Of a DNA stretch of 64,000 bases, positions 17,523 through 30,218 are shown one piece after another. Below the pieces are notes generated by a model. It was not told the origin of the DNA and searched no databases. It was given only the letters and a program-made list of their open reading frames with translations. The position numbers were made by a program, and so were the translations under genes. The DNA comes from Eledone cirrhosa (Eukaryota). The DNA lies in the NCBI GenBank assembly GCA_964016885.1, contig OZ024743.1, positions 250,914,001-250,978,000 of the forward strand. Direction: 5' to 3'. Each line of letters opens with the position of its first letter. Positions within the stretch are counted from its first letter, which is position 1.

Positions 17523-18037
17523 TGTACGAAGCTGAATATTTTGGCTTTTGAAGCGTTGAGAATATATATATATATGAATATAAGTATAAAGAAAGTGCTC
17601 AAGTGCAGAAAATGTTATAAAATAGTGTAAAAACCCTTAAAAGACAGAAAATGAAGTCGACAATGGTTGCTATGAGGAATTGAACCCCCACCTCTTCCAA
17701 ATACCAACCAGAAGCTTTAACCTATAAGCTACGGAACCAATGACAAATTTCTTTTCATGATTTTAACTATATAACTGAACAGCTTTCAGATGTCAGCAGG
17801 CAGGCAGAGAGACTGACAGACAGACATCCGTGTGTAAACAATGTACGAAGCCGAATTTTCGGCTTTGAAGTGCTGAGAATGTATGTATATATATACATAA
17901 GTATAAAGAAAGTGCTCAAGTTCAGAAATGCTATAAAGATAACTTATAAGATAGGGTAAAGACCCTTAAAGATGGAAATAGAAGTTGCCAACGGCAGCTA
18001 TGAGGAATTGAACCCTATATCTTTCAGACGCCGGCTA
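17523..18037 (-). mobile_element. Partial-tandem ~320-bp unit containing an internal tRNA-like cassette
   Basis: TGTACGAAGC...GCTATGAGGAATTGAACCC occurs at 17523 and 17842; TA flanks. Confidence 0.75.
17665..17738 (-). pseudogene. tRNA-like sequence (apparent anticodon GGT, degenerate)
   Basis: GGTTCCG-TA-GCTT/AAGC D arm, B box GGTTCAATTCC, 3' AACC, downstream T4, upstream TATATA. Confidence 0.6.
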
Positions 18038-18384
18038 TATATATATAATATAGTAGTAGTACATTGAATTTCAAGTAAACAGTCCTTCTAATTTGTAAAA
18101 TTACAAGATGTAGACTGTTAGTTATCCAATGAACCCTATAATTTGGATCTGTTCATATTAAACAATGCTTATCCAATTAGGTGTTCAATAAAATAATTTA
18201 ACAGTTTTTGTTTTTATTGAGAATCTTATAACACTTATGGCTGGGCGAGAACATTTTGCCAATAATTTGAAGTCGGGACTTCTTGATTAAAGGAAGATTA
18301 TACGAACTTATGGTCATATTTCTAGATTTATTTCTGCTGTAACAAGCTGGTTGATTATCTCTTCTTAAGGATCTAATTTTGTGT

Positions 18385-18900
18385 GGACGTAGCATGGCTG
18401 AATTATTAAGCAGTTCTCTATGCAATGATAATGTATCTCGTTCAATCCCACCCCATGGCATATTTGGCAAGTATCATTTTACCATAGCCTTGGATCGAAT
18501 CCAGCCTTTTGAGTAAAATTGTGTAGATGGAAATTGTCTGGAAACCCATCAGCTTTGTCACACAGTGGGTCATGCTGAGTCTCCTTGATAATTATGGAAT
18601 GTTTAGTTCCTTGCAAGTTGATTTCCAAACCACTAATCCTTCATAATTGTGAAAACATGTAGCTTTGTTGCTAGAGCGTTAGCCTCATAAACGTGAAGTA
18701 TGAGTTTATTCCAGACCTGATGCTGCTGTGTGTCTTTGAACACGACATTATTTCATGCTGCTCCTGTTCACCCAGCGGGGAAAAATTGTTGTGGCATTGA
18801 GAAAGGAAACAGACCACTGTTGGTCTTCCACAAAACCCCCTTGCCCTAGCTTGTGTTTCATAGGGGAACTCTTTAGATGCATTGATGGTCATTTGTGACC
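18385..18900 (+). mobile_element. Two old degenerate tRNA-derived SINE remnants
   Basis: GTTCAATCCCAC...GGCAAGT...GTAGATGGAAA (related to 24262-24580), then a family-2-like head at about 18665. Confidence 0.5.
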
Positions 18901-19156
18901 GAAGACGTCCTACAAATTTCTTAGGCAGGCTAATGCAATTAGAACACTCAGCGTCGAAACTAACAAAGGTTCATTCTATCAAATTTTGTTAGTGAAACCT
19001 CAATATGTAAGTCATCCTTGTAATATTTAGTGAGTAGTGTTATTGTATGTTGTTTCATTAGAGGAGTGGTTGGAAATATGTAAGGATACATATTTTACAT
19101 GGTTACATGAAATATGATTTGGTTGGAAATGAGGATATCTGTTAATGTAATATAAT

Positions 19157-19322
19157 TGTTTCTACTATTGGCACAAGGCCAGCAAATTACCCAATCGAAC
19201 CCGTAAGGATGAAAGGCAAAGTTAACCTCCGCGGGATTTGAACTCAGAATAGCAAGGGCCGTAACTCTATGCGTCAAAGCATGGCGTCCGACCCTCTACC
19301 GATACTGCCAATTCACCGCCTA
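19157..19322 (-). mobile_element. SINE family 1 (internally deleted)
   Basis: Matches 42697-42884, 49392-49580 and 59231-59620. Confidence 0.85.
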
Positions 19323-19749
19323 TTAATGTAATATAATGATTCATTTATATTCCTGGTTGGTGAGAACTGAAGAACTGTATATTGTTAAGGTTGAGAGGTG
19401 GAAAATAACACCAAGGTAGTAAACTGCCTTGGTGTTATTTACATCCACGTACACACACATTTATATACATATTGCCAATAAAGACACAAATACATACACA
19501 AGCACACACAATTATATGTGTGTGTGTGTGTGTGTGTGCATGTATAAAAAATTATAATATATATATATTTATATATATATATATGTGTGTGTGTGTGTGC
19601 ATATGTATACATGTATAAACAGTTATGTATGCATATATACATATATATTTACATGAGCTAAACACCCTAACCACTAATTTTTTCTGGTTCTTAGTTTTCT
19701 TACTCTTGTCTATCCTTCTCTTTCTTCGTTATTTTGTCTTATTGACTTT

Positions 19750-20995
19750 TCACATACGTACAGACTTGATACGAGTGATGCAGAACGTATGCCGCATGTG
19801 CGACCTAACAGACATGGAAAGACACATCCAACACTTCATCAACCGCATGCAGTTCTCTGGCTACAACCAAAGAGACAGAATCAGAGTATACAAAGGAACC
19901 AAGGAGAAGTATAAGACCCTCATAGAACTGGACATGAAAGGGATTTGCCGATTATACAGGAGCAAATCATGGAATAGCTTAGATAAACATAAGATAGGGA
20001 AAGCCACCACATGGTACGACAACCAGAGATACCAGAGTGTCATGTTCGTGGATGCTACCCCTGGGGGGAAATTAGCTAACCAATGTAGAAAGGCCTTAAG
20101 AAAGACCTACTTAAATATTAAAGTGGTAGAAAAGCCAGGAACTACCATAAAATTCCTGATCAGCAAAACATACCCCTTTAAGAAAACCCACTGTACGAAT
20201 AAGAAATGTGTTATATGTAAAGTAAACCCCCAGATAAACTGTAAAAATAAAAATGTAGTCTATAGCATAAGATGTACAGAGGGTACTTGCAGAAACATGA
20301 CAACGACATACATAGGTGAGACAGCTCGAAGCATAGGAGAATGAATAGACCAACACTAGGGGGAATTAAAAGGAGGACAAGAAAAAAAACGGTTCAGTAC
20401 TATACGAACACGCCAGACAACAACATGACGGTAACATAGACAACATAGAAATTAAAATAATATCTAAACAAAGAAATGACCCAACAAGTAGGAAAATCAG
20501 AGAGGCAAGTGGAATAGAACTTAGAAGGCCAAAGTTAAACAGAAAAAATGAATGGAATAACAACAACAACCATACCCAAAAAACAATACTGACTTAAGAG
20601 AAATATAAAAAAAAAAATAAATAAATATATACACAAGTACAATAACAAACACATATAAACACACTAATAAACAAAGATAGAATACAAAAACCAAAACACA
20701 TACACACAAACGCGAACACACACACCAAACATTCTACACACACGCAAACGCATGCGCAGAGACGAAGACAAAAATAAATAAATAAATACATAAAATAAAA
20801 ATGGCGTAGACATTACAATACAATACAATAGGAGGAAACATGATAATAGTACCACTGATGATGTTGCAGATGTGTAACGAAAGAACTTTGTTAGACTATA
20901 TATATAAATTTATATCTATATTTTTGACCGTTGGTCAGTCAGTGATAAACATTGATGGCCAAATGAATTAACTATAGAGATATAAAAGATACATA
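19750..20995 (+). mobile_element. 5'-truncated Penelope-like element: RT thumb, Cys-rich linker, C-terminal GIY-YIG endonuclease (disrupted) and 3' region with hammerhead
   Basis: ORF 19625-20344: FINRMQFSGY...MFVDATPGGKLA...CTNKKCVIC...NVVYSIRC...YIGETARS; after a stop and frameshift it continues SVLYEHARQQH...RKIREASGIELRRPKLNRKNEW. Confidence 0.88.
20850..20893 (+). ncRNA. PLE-associated minimal hammerhead (slightly degenerate)
   Basis: CTGATGA-T-GTTGCA/TGTAAC-GAAAG-AA-CTT; stem I has one mismatch. Confidence 0.65.
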
Positions 20996-20999
20996 TATA

Positions 21000-21812
21000 T
21001 ACACTCTCTCTCACAATACTCTTTCACTAAACCAACAAATTATCTCCCCCTCTCTATACGCCGCTACTTACCTCACTCTCTCTAACAATTCCCCCTCTCT
21101 CACTAAAACAACCAATTCTCTCCCACTCTCTATATCCCACTACATACCCCACTCTCTCCCACAATTGCCCCCTCTCACTAGACCACCAATCAAAATCACC
21201 CTCTTTATATCCTACTACATACCTCACTCTCTCACTAATCTAACAAATTCTCTTCCGCTCTTTATATCCTACTGCATATCGCCCTCTCTCTCACACAATT
21301 ACCCCTCTCTCACTAGACCACCAAATTCCCTTACCCTCTCTATATCTCACTACATACCTCACTCTCTCTAACAATTCCCTTTGTCTCACTAAACCAACAA
21401 ACACTTTCACCCTCACTCTATGCCACTACATACCTCACTCTCTCTCACAATTACCCTTCTCGCACTATAACACCAAATTCTCTACCCCTCTCTATATTCT
21501 ACTACGTAACTCACTCTCTTTCACTCTCTTAATTCCCTCCTCTCCCAGTAAACCAACAAATACTCTCCAGCTCTTTATATACCGCTGCATGTCTCACTCT
21601 CGCTCACAATTCCCCCTCTCTCATTGGGCCACCAAATTCTCTCCTCCTCTTTATATTTCACTACTTACCTCACTCTCTCTCACTTTCACAATACCCTCTC
21701 ACTAAACCAACAAATTCTATCCCGCTCTCTATACCCCACTACATACCTCACTCTCTCAATTCTCCCTCTCACTAGACCGCCAAATTCTCTTTCTCTCTTT
21801 ATATCCCACTAC
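21000..21812. repeat. C/T-rich minisatellite, ~75-bp unit, about 11 diverged copies
   Basis: Recurring CCTCACTCTCT..ACAATT.CCCCTCTCACTA.ACCA.CAAATTCTC..TATATCCCACTACATA. Confidence 0.85.
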
Positions 21813-22047
21813 AATATTTTTTTTACTTTGAAACAACAAAATGTTTTCATGTTTTGTAAAGAACGACAAAGTTCTCCATCCCCTCTTCCACCTTTTGAAC
21901 CCCTGGGTGTGGAGGAGATCTTTCTCTTTTTGGACGAGTGCTTTTGTTGAATTATTTGATAGGAGTTTAAAATATGTGGTGGTGGTGTAGAGGATGGTGG
22001 TGGTAGTCTGGTATTGTTGGTGGTGTTTGTTTATTTTTAATCTATAT

Positions 22048-22720
22048 ATCATCATCATCATCATCGTTTAACGTCCATCTTCCACGCTTGCATGGGTTTG
22101 GACGGGAGTTTTCCCACTTGAGGCAAGATTGGTTGTCTTGCTCGTATAGGACTATCTGGCGGGTTTTCTACGGCTGGATTCCCTTCCTAACACCAACCAC
22201 GTTTACAGTGTGGACTGGGAGGTTTTTACCGTGTTACCTACACGGTCACATTACAGCGTGGACTGTGTGTTTTTTTTCGTGACACCTACATGACCTCATT
22301 TATTTCGGACTGGATGTTGTGGTACCAACATAACTTAACTTTACATCGAAAGGGGTGGTGTGGATAGGCGGGGGTGTATTTTTGTTAGAGGTGCCTACTG
22401 ACTGTAGGTTTTGCTTTGTACTTAGGCAAGGCGGGTCTTCTGTATTACTGTTGAGCGCCAAAGATCTCGGTCCAGTGACATTGTCTTGGAGAGGTGTAAG
22501 TGTGTGAGGTCGGAATTTATCAAGCCGTCCCAGGTTTTTCTGGGTCTGCCTACTCCGTGGCTACCGTCTATTTTTATCGCCCTGCACTTTTTTTATACAG
22601 CTGTCGTATTTCATGCGCATCACGTGACCATACCAACGTAGTCTTCTCTCGAGTAAACAACATCTGATTCCTCTTATTCCTAATTTCTCCCTTAGTTCGT
22701 TTATGCTTTGCCGTTCACGT
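22048..22720 (-). mobile_element. RTE-2 LINE 3' fragment
   Basis: Highly similar to 30218-30908; RLRWYGHVMR, GRPRKTW; (GAT)n tail. Confidence 0.88.
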
Positions 22721-22929
22721 ATACAACCTATCTATTTATCTATTTATCTATCTATCAATCTAAAATAACTCTGTGATTGTGTCCATTTTTGTAATTTAAT
22801 ACAGCCAAAACCACGCATATTGGGAAAAGACTTTGAAAGGATGGTGCCCCTGAAATAGAATAAAATAACTTTCGCGTATATCGGTGCATGAGTTCCCGAG
22901 ATACAGGGTTTTTCTGGATACCTTCATAA

Positions 22930-23017
<88 letters not shown>

Positions 23018-23101
23018 TTACATTATATACATGTCTGTATATATTTCAATTTCTTTTCCATATATTCTTACCAGTGTTCGACTTTAAAAAGTCCTTACTT
23101 T

Positions 23102-23159
<58 letters not shown>

Positions 23160-23874
23160 CATATACATAAACTAGACAGAGCCATAGATATATATATATG
23201 TGTTTTTGGCAACCATTCACGGTGTGGCTCAATGACGAATTAATTAATTAAATAATCAACAATCAGAGCAATATATAAGAAAGTAAGTCCATAGATTCAT
23301 TTGATAAAATATATACAGTATTTCTTCTCCTATCAGCATAATTAACCACACAAAAAATCAATTAAACGAGGCTATAAGTTTGTGTCTTAGTATTTGTACT
23401 GGTGGGTATGTCTTTTGTATTATGACATATCTTTAATCAGCTCTGTTCTCTGTCATCTTCTATGTTGGGTCCAGTTTCTTGATGTCATTCTTTACAACTT
23501 CGTCCCACGTTCTCTAAATACTTTTTATTAGACTATTGTTCTGATAACAATATGATATCTCTAAAATTTGATGAATTTTGTCATAGTAATGACATTAAAT
23601 ACTTTTTGTTAAAAATATCCTTCTCGATGACAAAGGGATACAACTAAAAAAGCCCGGCAGAGGGCATAGATAAATTGCTTCAGTCATCACTAGCGCACTC
23701 CCATGCCCGCTGAGAGTGGACTGGAGCAATTGACCCCTTTGCTCCCCATTAAATACAGCCCTGTATACATGCATTGTACACACAATGAAATTCCTCTCTC
23801 CCTCTAATAGAATTAGCCATACTTTCACCTTCCTTCCCAGATGTTTCAGAGAGTTCCACACCCAATCTTTATGA

Positions 23875-24262
23875 TAATTACCAGTACAGCTCCTAGAACA
23901 CATGGATACATAACCACTTACTGGAACGATGGCGATGGCGATGGTGGTGATAATGAGGATGATGATGATGATGATGATAACTATGGTGATGTTGATGATG
24001 ATGATGATGATGATGATGAAGGAGATTTGGTATGACTCCTGGAAGACCTGAATACATGACCAGTTATTGGAATAATTGCAATGGTGTTGGTGATGATGAT
24101 AATGATAATGATGATGATGATATTGATGATGATGATGGTGGTGGTGGTGGTGGTGGTGATTTGGTACGATTCCTGGAAGCGCTGGATACATGACCAGTTA
24201 ATGGAATGATTGCAATAGTGGTGGTGATGTTGATGATGACAGTGATGATGATAATGATGATG
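23875..24262. repeat. Three diverged ~135-bp units separated by (GAT/GGT)n
   Basis: TCCTGGAAG..GATACATGACCAGTTA.TGGAA.GATTGCAAT motif three times. Confidence 0.75.
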
Positions 24263-24580
24263 ATAGGCCCTCAGTCGGTTTTGACGAAGATCGTCCATTC
24301 GTTCAATCAACTTGGTATTTTCTGACACAAATTCTATGTAAGTGGCTGAGTATTCTACAGACATGTTATAATGTGAGTGGCTGAGTAATCTACAGACACG
24401 TGTACTATTAATGTAATTCCGAACTATCACCAGCATGTACAATCCATCTGATGGGTTTCCACGTAGTTTCTGTCTACCAAATATCACTCAATAGGAAGGA
24501 ATTGAAGAGAAACTAAAGACACTTAATTAAGATGTCATGAAATGGGATTGAACCCAGAACAGCATGATTGACTGTCACAT
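24262..24580 (-). mobile_element. Old tRNA-derived SINE remnant
   Basis: GGGATTGAACCC is the reverse of a B box; AAGACACTT; TTTCTGTCTACCAAAT. Confidence 0.55.
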
Positions 24581-24589
24581 ATAGTAATT

Positions 24590-27500
24590 GTAGGAGGGGT
24601 GGTGGTGGTAGTAGGAGTGGTGGTGGTGTTGGCAGTGGTAGGTGTGGTGGTGGTGGGGTAGGTTTGTGGTGGTGGTGGTGGTAGGTGTGGTGTTGGTGGT
24701 GGGAGGTGTGGTGGTGGTGGTGGTGGTAGGTGTGGTGTTGGTGGTGGTAGGTGTGGTGTTGGTGGTGGTAGGTGTGGTGTTGGTGGTGGAAGGTGTGGTG
24801 TTGGTGGTGGTAGGTGTGGTGTTGGTGGTGGTAGGTGTGGTGTTGGTGGTGGAAGGTGTGGTGTTGGTGGTGGTAGGCGTGGTGGTGGTGGTGGTAGGTG
24901 TGGTGGGGTGGTGGTAGGTGTGGTGTTGGTGGTGGAAGGTGTGGTGTTGGTGGTGGTAGGCGTGGTGGTGGTGGTGGTAGGTGTGGTGTTGGTGGTGGTA
25001 GGTGTGGTGTTGGTGGTGGTAGGTGTGGTGTTGGTGGTGGAAGGTGTGGTGTTGGTGGTGGTAGGCGTGGTGGTGGTGGTGGTAGGTGTGGTGGGGTGGT
25101 GGTAGGTGTGGTGTTGGTGGTGGAAGGTGTGGTGTTGGTGGTGGTAGGCGTGGTGGTGGTGGTGGTAGGTGTGGTGTTGGTGGTGGTAGGTGTGGTGTTG
25201 GTGGTGGAAGGTGTGGTGTTGGTGGTGGTAGGCATGGTGGTGGTGGTGGTAGGTGTGGTGTTGGTGGTGGTAGGTGTGGTGTTGGTGGTGGAAGGTGTGG
25301 TGTTGGTGGTGGTAAGCGTGGTGGTGGTGGTGGTAGGTGTGGTGTTGGTGGTGGTAGGTGTGGTGTTGGTGGTGGAAGGTGTGGTGTTGGTGGTGGTAGG
25401 CGTGGTGGTGGTGGTGGTAGGTGTGGTGGGGTGGTGGTAGGTGTGGTGTTGGTGGTGGAAGGTGTGGTGTTGGTGGTGGTAGGCGTGGTGGTGGTGGTGG
25501 TAGGTGTGGTGTTGGTGGTGGTAGGTGTGGTGTTGGTGGTGGAAGGTGTGGTGTTGGTGGTGGTAGGCGTGGTGGTGGTGGTGGTAGGTGTGGTGTTGGT
25601 GGTGGTAGGTGTGGTGTTGGTGGTGGAAGGTGTGGTGTTGGTGGTGGTAGGCGTGGTGGTGGTGGTGGTAGGTGTGGTGGGGTGGTGGTAGGTGTGGTGT
25701 TGGTGGTGGAAGGTGTGGTGTTGGTGGTGGTAGGCGTGGTGGTGGTGGTGGTAGGTGTGGTGTTGGTGGTGGTAGGTGTGGTGTTGGTGGTGGAAGGTGT
25801 GGTGTTGGTGGTGGTAGGCGTGGTGGTGGTGGTGGTAGGTGTGGTGTTGGTGGTGGTAGGTGTGGTGTTGGTGGTGGTAGGTGTGGTGGTGTTGGCAGTG
25901 GTAGGTGTGGTGGTGGTGGGGTAGGTTTGTGGTGGTGGGGTAGGTTTGTGGTGGTGGTGGTGGTGGTAGGTGTGGTGTTGGTGGTGGTAGGTGTGGTGTT
26001 GGTGGTGGTAGGTGTGGTGTTGGTGGTGGTAGGTGTGGTGGTGTTGGCAGTGGTAGGTGTGGTGGTGGTGGGGTAGGTGTGGTGGTGGTGGGGTAGGTTT
26101 GTGGTGGTGGTGGTGGTGGTAGGTGTGGTGTTGGTGGTGGTAGGTGTGGTGTTGGTGGTGGTAGGTGTGGTGTTGGTGGTGGTAGGTGTGGTGTTGGTGG
26201 TGGTAGGTGTGGTGTTGGTGGTGGTAGGTGTGGTAGGTGTGGTGTTGGTGGTGGAAGGTGTGGTGTTGGTGGTGGTAGGTGTGGTGTTGGTGGTGGTAGG
26301 TGTGGTGTTGGTGGTGGAAGGTGTGGTGTTGGTGGTGGAAGGTGTGGTGTTGGTGGTGGTAGGTGTGGTGTTGGTGGTGGTAGGTGTGGTGTTGGTGGTG
26401 GAAGGTGTGGTGTTGGTGGTGGTAGGTGTGGTAGGTGTGGTGTTGGTGGTGGTAGGTGTGGTGTTGGTGGTGGAAGGTGTGGTGTTGGTGGTGGTAGGTG
26501 TGGTGTTGTTGGTGGTAGGTGTGGTGGAGGTGGTGGAGATGTGGTGGTGGTGGTGGTAGGTGTGGTGGGGTGGTGGTAGGTGTGGTGTTGGTGGTGGTAG
26601 GTGTGGTGTTGGTGGTGGTAGGTGTGGTGGTGGTGGTGGTAGGTGTGGTGTTGGTGGTGGTGATGGTAGGTGTGGTGTTGGTGGTGGAAGGTGTGGTGTT
26701 GGTAGGTGTGGTGTTGGTGGTGGTAAGCGTGGTGTTGGTGGTGGAAGGCGTGGTGTTGGTGGTGGTAGGTGTGGTGTTGGTGGTGGTAGGTGTGGTGTTG
26801 GTGGTGGTAGGTGTGGTGTTGGTGGCGGTAGGTGTGGTGTTGATGGTGGTAGGTGTGGTGGTGGTGGTGGTGGTAGGTGTGGTGTTGGTGGTGGTAGGTG
26901 TGGTGTTGGTGGTGGTAGGTGTGGTGGTGGTGGTGGAAGGTGTGGTGGTGGTGATGGTAGGTGTGGTAGGTGTGGTGGTGGTTGTGCTAGGTGTGATGGT
27001 GGTGGTGGTAGGTGTGGTGTTGGTGGTGGTAGGTGTGGTGTTGGTGGTGGTAGGTGTGGTGTTGATGGTGGTAGGTGTGGTGGTGGTCGTGGTGGTAGGT
27101 GTGGTGGTAGGTGTGGTGTTGGTGGTGGAAGGTGTGGTATTGGTGGTGGTAGGTGTGGTGTTGGTGGTGGTAGGTGTGGTGTTGGTGGTGGTAGGTGTGG
27201 TGGTGGTGATGGTAGGTATGGTGGTAGGTGTGGTAGGTGTGGTGTTGGTGGTGGAAGGTGTGGTGTTGCTGGTGGAAGGTGTGGTGTTGGTGGTGGTAGG
27301 TGTGGTGGTGGTGGTAGGTGTGGTTGTGGTGGTGGTTGTGGTAGGTGTGGTGGTGGTGGTAGGTGTGGTGTTGGTGGTGGAAGGTGTGGTGTTGGTGGTG
27401 GTAGGTTTGGTGTTGGTGGTGGTAGGTGTCGTGTTGTTGGTGGAAGGTGTGGTGTTGGTGGTGGAAGGTGTGGTGGTGGTGATGGTAGGTGTGGTAGGTG

Positions 27501-29760
27501 TGGTGTTGGTGGTGGAAGGTGTGGTGTTGGTGGTGGTAGGTGTGGTGTTGGTGGTGGAAGGTGTGGTGGTAGGTGTGGTAGGTGTGGTGTTGGTGGTGTT
27601 AGGCGTGGTAGGTGTGGTGTTGGTGGTGGTAGGTGTGGTGTTGGTGGTGGAAGGTGTGGTGTTGGTGGTGGTAGGTGTGGTGTTGGTGGTGGTAGGTGTG
27701 GTGTTGGTGGTGGTAGGTGTGGTGGTGTTGGTGGTGGTAGGTGTGATAGTGGTGGTGGCAGGTGTGGTGTTGGTGGTGGTAGGTGTGGTGTTGGTGGTGG
27801 TAGGTGTGGTGGTGGTGGTGGTAGGTGTGGTGTTGGTGGTGGTGATGGTAGGTGTGGTGTTGGTGGTGGAAGGTGTGGTGTTGGTAGGTGTGGTGTTGGT
27901 GGTGGTAAGCGTGGTGTTGGTGGTGGAAGGCGTGGTGTTGGTGGTGGTAGGTGTGGTGTTGGTGGTGGTAGGTGTGGTGTTGGTGGTGGTAGGTGTGGTG
28001 TTGGTGGCGGTAGGTGTGGTGTTGATGGTGGTAGGTGTGGTGGTGGTGGTGGTGGTAGGTGTGGTGTTGGTGGTGGTAGGTGTGGTGTTGGTGGTGGTAG
28101 GTGTGGTGGTGGTGGTGGAAGGTGTGGTGGTGGTGATGGTAGGTGTGGTAGGTGTGGTGGTGGTTGTGCTAGGTGTGATGGTGGTGGTGGTAGGTGTGGT
28201 GTTGGTGGTGGTAGGTGTGGTGTTGGTGGTGGTAGGTGTGGTGTTGATGGTGGTAGGTGTGGTGGTGGTCGTGGTGGTAGGTGTGGTGGTAGGTGTGGTG
28301 TTGGTGGTGGAAGGTGTGGTGTTGGTGGTGGAAGGTGTGTTGTTGCTGGTGGAAGGTGTGGTGTTGGTGGTGGTAGGTGTGGTGGTGGTGGTAGGTGTGG
28401 TTGTGGTGGTGGTTGTGGTAGGTGTGGTGGTGGTGGTAGATGTGGTGTTGGTGGTGGAAGGTGTGGTGTTGGTGGTGGTAGGTTTGGTGTTGGTGGTGGT
28501 AGGTGTCGTGTTGTTGGTGGAAGGTGTGGTGTTGGTGGTGGAAGGTGTGGTGGTGGTGATGGTAGGTGTGGTAGGTGTGGTGTTGGTGGTGGAAGGTGTG
28601 GTGTTGGTGGTGGTAGGTGTGGTGTTGGTGGTGGAAGGTGTGGTGGTAGGTGTGGTAGGTGTGGTGTTGGTGGTGTTAGGCGTGGTAGGTGTGGTGTTGG
28701 TGGTGGTAGGTGTGGTGTTGGTGGTGGAAGGTGTGGTGTTGGTGGTGGTAGGTGTGGTGTTGGTGGTGGTAGGTGTGGTGTTGGTGGTGGTAGGTGTGGT
28801 GGTGTTGGTGGTGGTAGGTGTGATAGTGGTGGTGGTAGGTGTGGTGTTGGTGGTGGAAGGTGTGGTGTTGGTGGTGGTAGGTGTGGTGTTGGTGGTGGTA
28901 GGTGTGGTGTTGGTGGTGGTAGGTGTGGTGTTGGTGGTGGTAGGTGTGGTGTTGGTGGTGGAAGGTGTGGTGTTGGTGGTGGTAGGTGTGGTGTTGGTGG
29001 TGGTAGGTGTGGTGTTGGTGGTGGAAGGTGTGGTGTTGGTGGTGGAAGGTGTGGTGTTGGTGGTGGAAGGTGTGGTGGTGGTTGTGGTAGGTGTGGTGTT
29101 GGTGGTGGTAGGTGTGGTGTTGGTGGTGGAAGGTGCGGTGTTGGTGGTGGAAGGTGTGGTGGTGGTGGTAGGTGTGGTGGTTTGTGGTGGTAGGTGTGGT
29201 GTTGGTGGTGGTAGGTGTGGTGTTGGTGGTGGTAGGTGTGGTGTTGGTGGTGGTAGGTGTGGTGTTGGTGGTGGAAGGTGTGGTGTTGGTGGTGGTAGGT
29301 GTGGTGTTGGTGGTGGTAGGTGTGGTGTTGGTGGTGGAAGGTGTGGTGTTGGTGGTGGAAGGTGTGGTGTTGGTGGTGGAAGGTGTGGTGGTGGTTGTGG
29401 TAGGTGTGGTGTTGGTGGTGGTAGGTGTGGTGTTGGTGGTGGAAGGTGCGGTGTTGGTGGTGGAAGGTGTGGTGGTGGTGGTAGGTGTGGTGGTTTGTGG
29501 TGGTAGGTGTGGTGTTGATGGTGGTAGGTGTGGTGTTGGTGGTGGTAGGTGTGGTGTTGGTGGTGGTAGGTGTGGTGGTGGTGATGGTAGGTGTGGTGGT
29601 AGGTGTGGTAGGTGTGGTGTTGGTGGTGGAAGGTGTGGTGTTGGTGGTTGTAGGTCTGATATTGGTATGTGTTGCGGTGGTAGTTGTGTCTGGTGTGGTG
29701 GTGGTGATGGTAGTGGTAAGTATGATGGTGGTGGAGGTATATGTGTTGCTGTTGATAGTG
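24590..29760. repeat. ~5.1-kb G/T-rich minisatellite, 21-bp core GGTAGGTGTGGTGTTGGTGGT, with higher-order duplications
   Basis: Hundreds of 21-bp units with GGA and GGC variants; large blocks repeated. Confidence 0.95.
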
Positions 29761-29864
29761 GCTGGTGTGGTAATGGTATGTATGGTGTTGATATTATATA
29801 TAGTATTAATCTTTTGCTTCTGTTTTGTCAAACCTCTTTGTATTTATTTATCTATCTATCTATG

Positions 29865-29923
<59 letters not shown>

Positions 29924-30136
29924 CTATATATATATATATATATATGTGTGTGAATATATATATATGTGTGAATATATATATACATATATATATGTGTGTG
30001 TGAATATATGTTGTTTATTACATAACTATATATATATATATATAAGTATTGAAGTTTATGTCATCTTCATCATTAGTCCTATGATTCATCACACTCTTTG
30101 TCTAGTCTAATGCTATACACACACATACACACACAT

Positions 30137-30217
<81 letters not shown>

Positions 30218-30218
<1 letters not shown>

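Noticed and set aside
23595-24487. His-rich ORFs with repeated NWSCIQ-FQESYQI motif
   Set aside because: Repeat units fall in different frames and the ORF runs into a SINE remnant; treated as a non-coding minisatellite
24513-29831. 1772-aa Pro/Thr/His-rich ORF and overlapping Val/Gly-rich ORFs
   Set aside because: Stop-free only because of composition; the repeat register drifts through all three frames, so no coding constraint is evident
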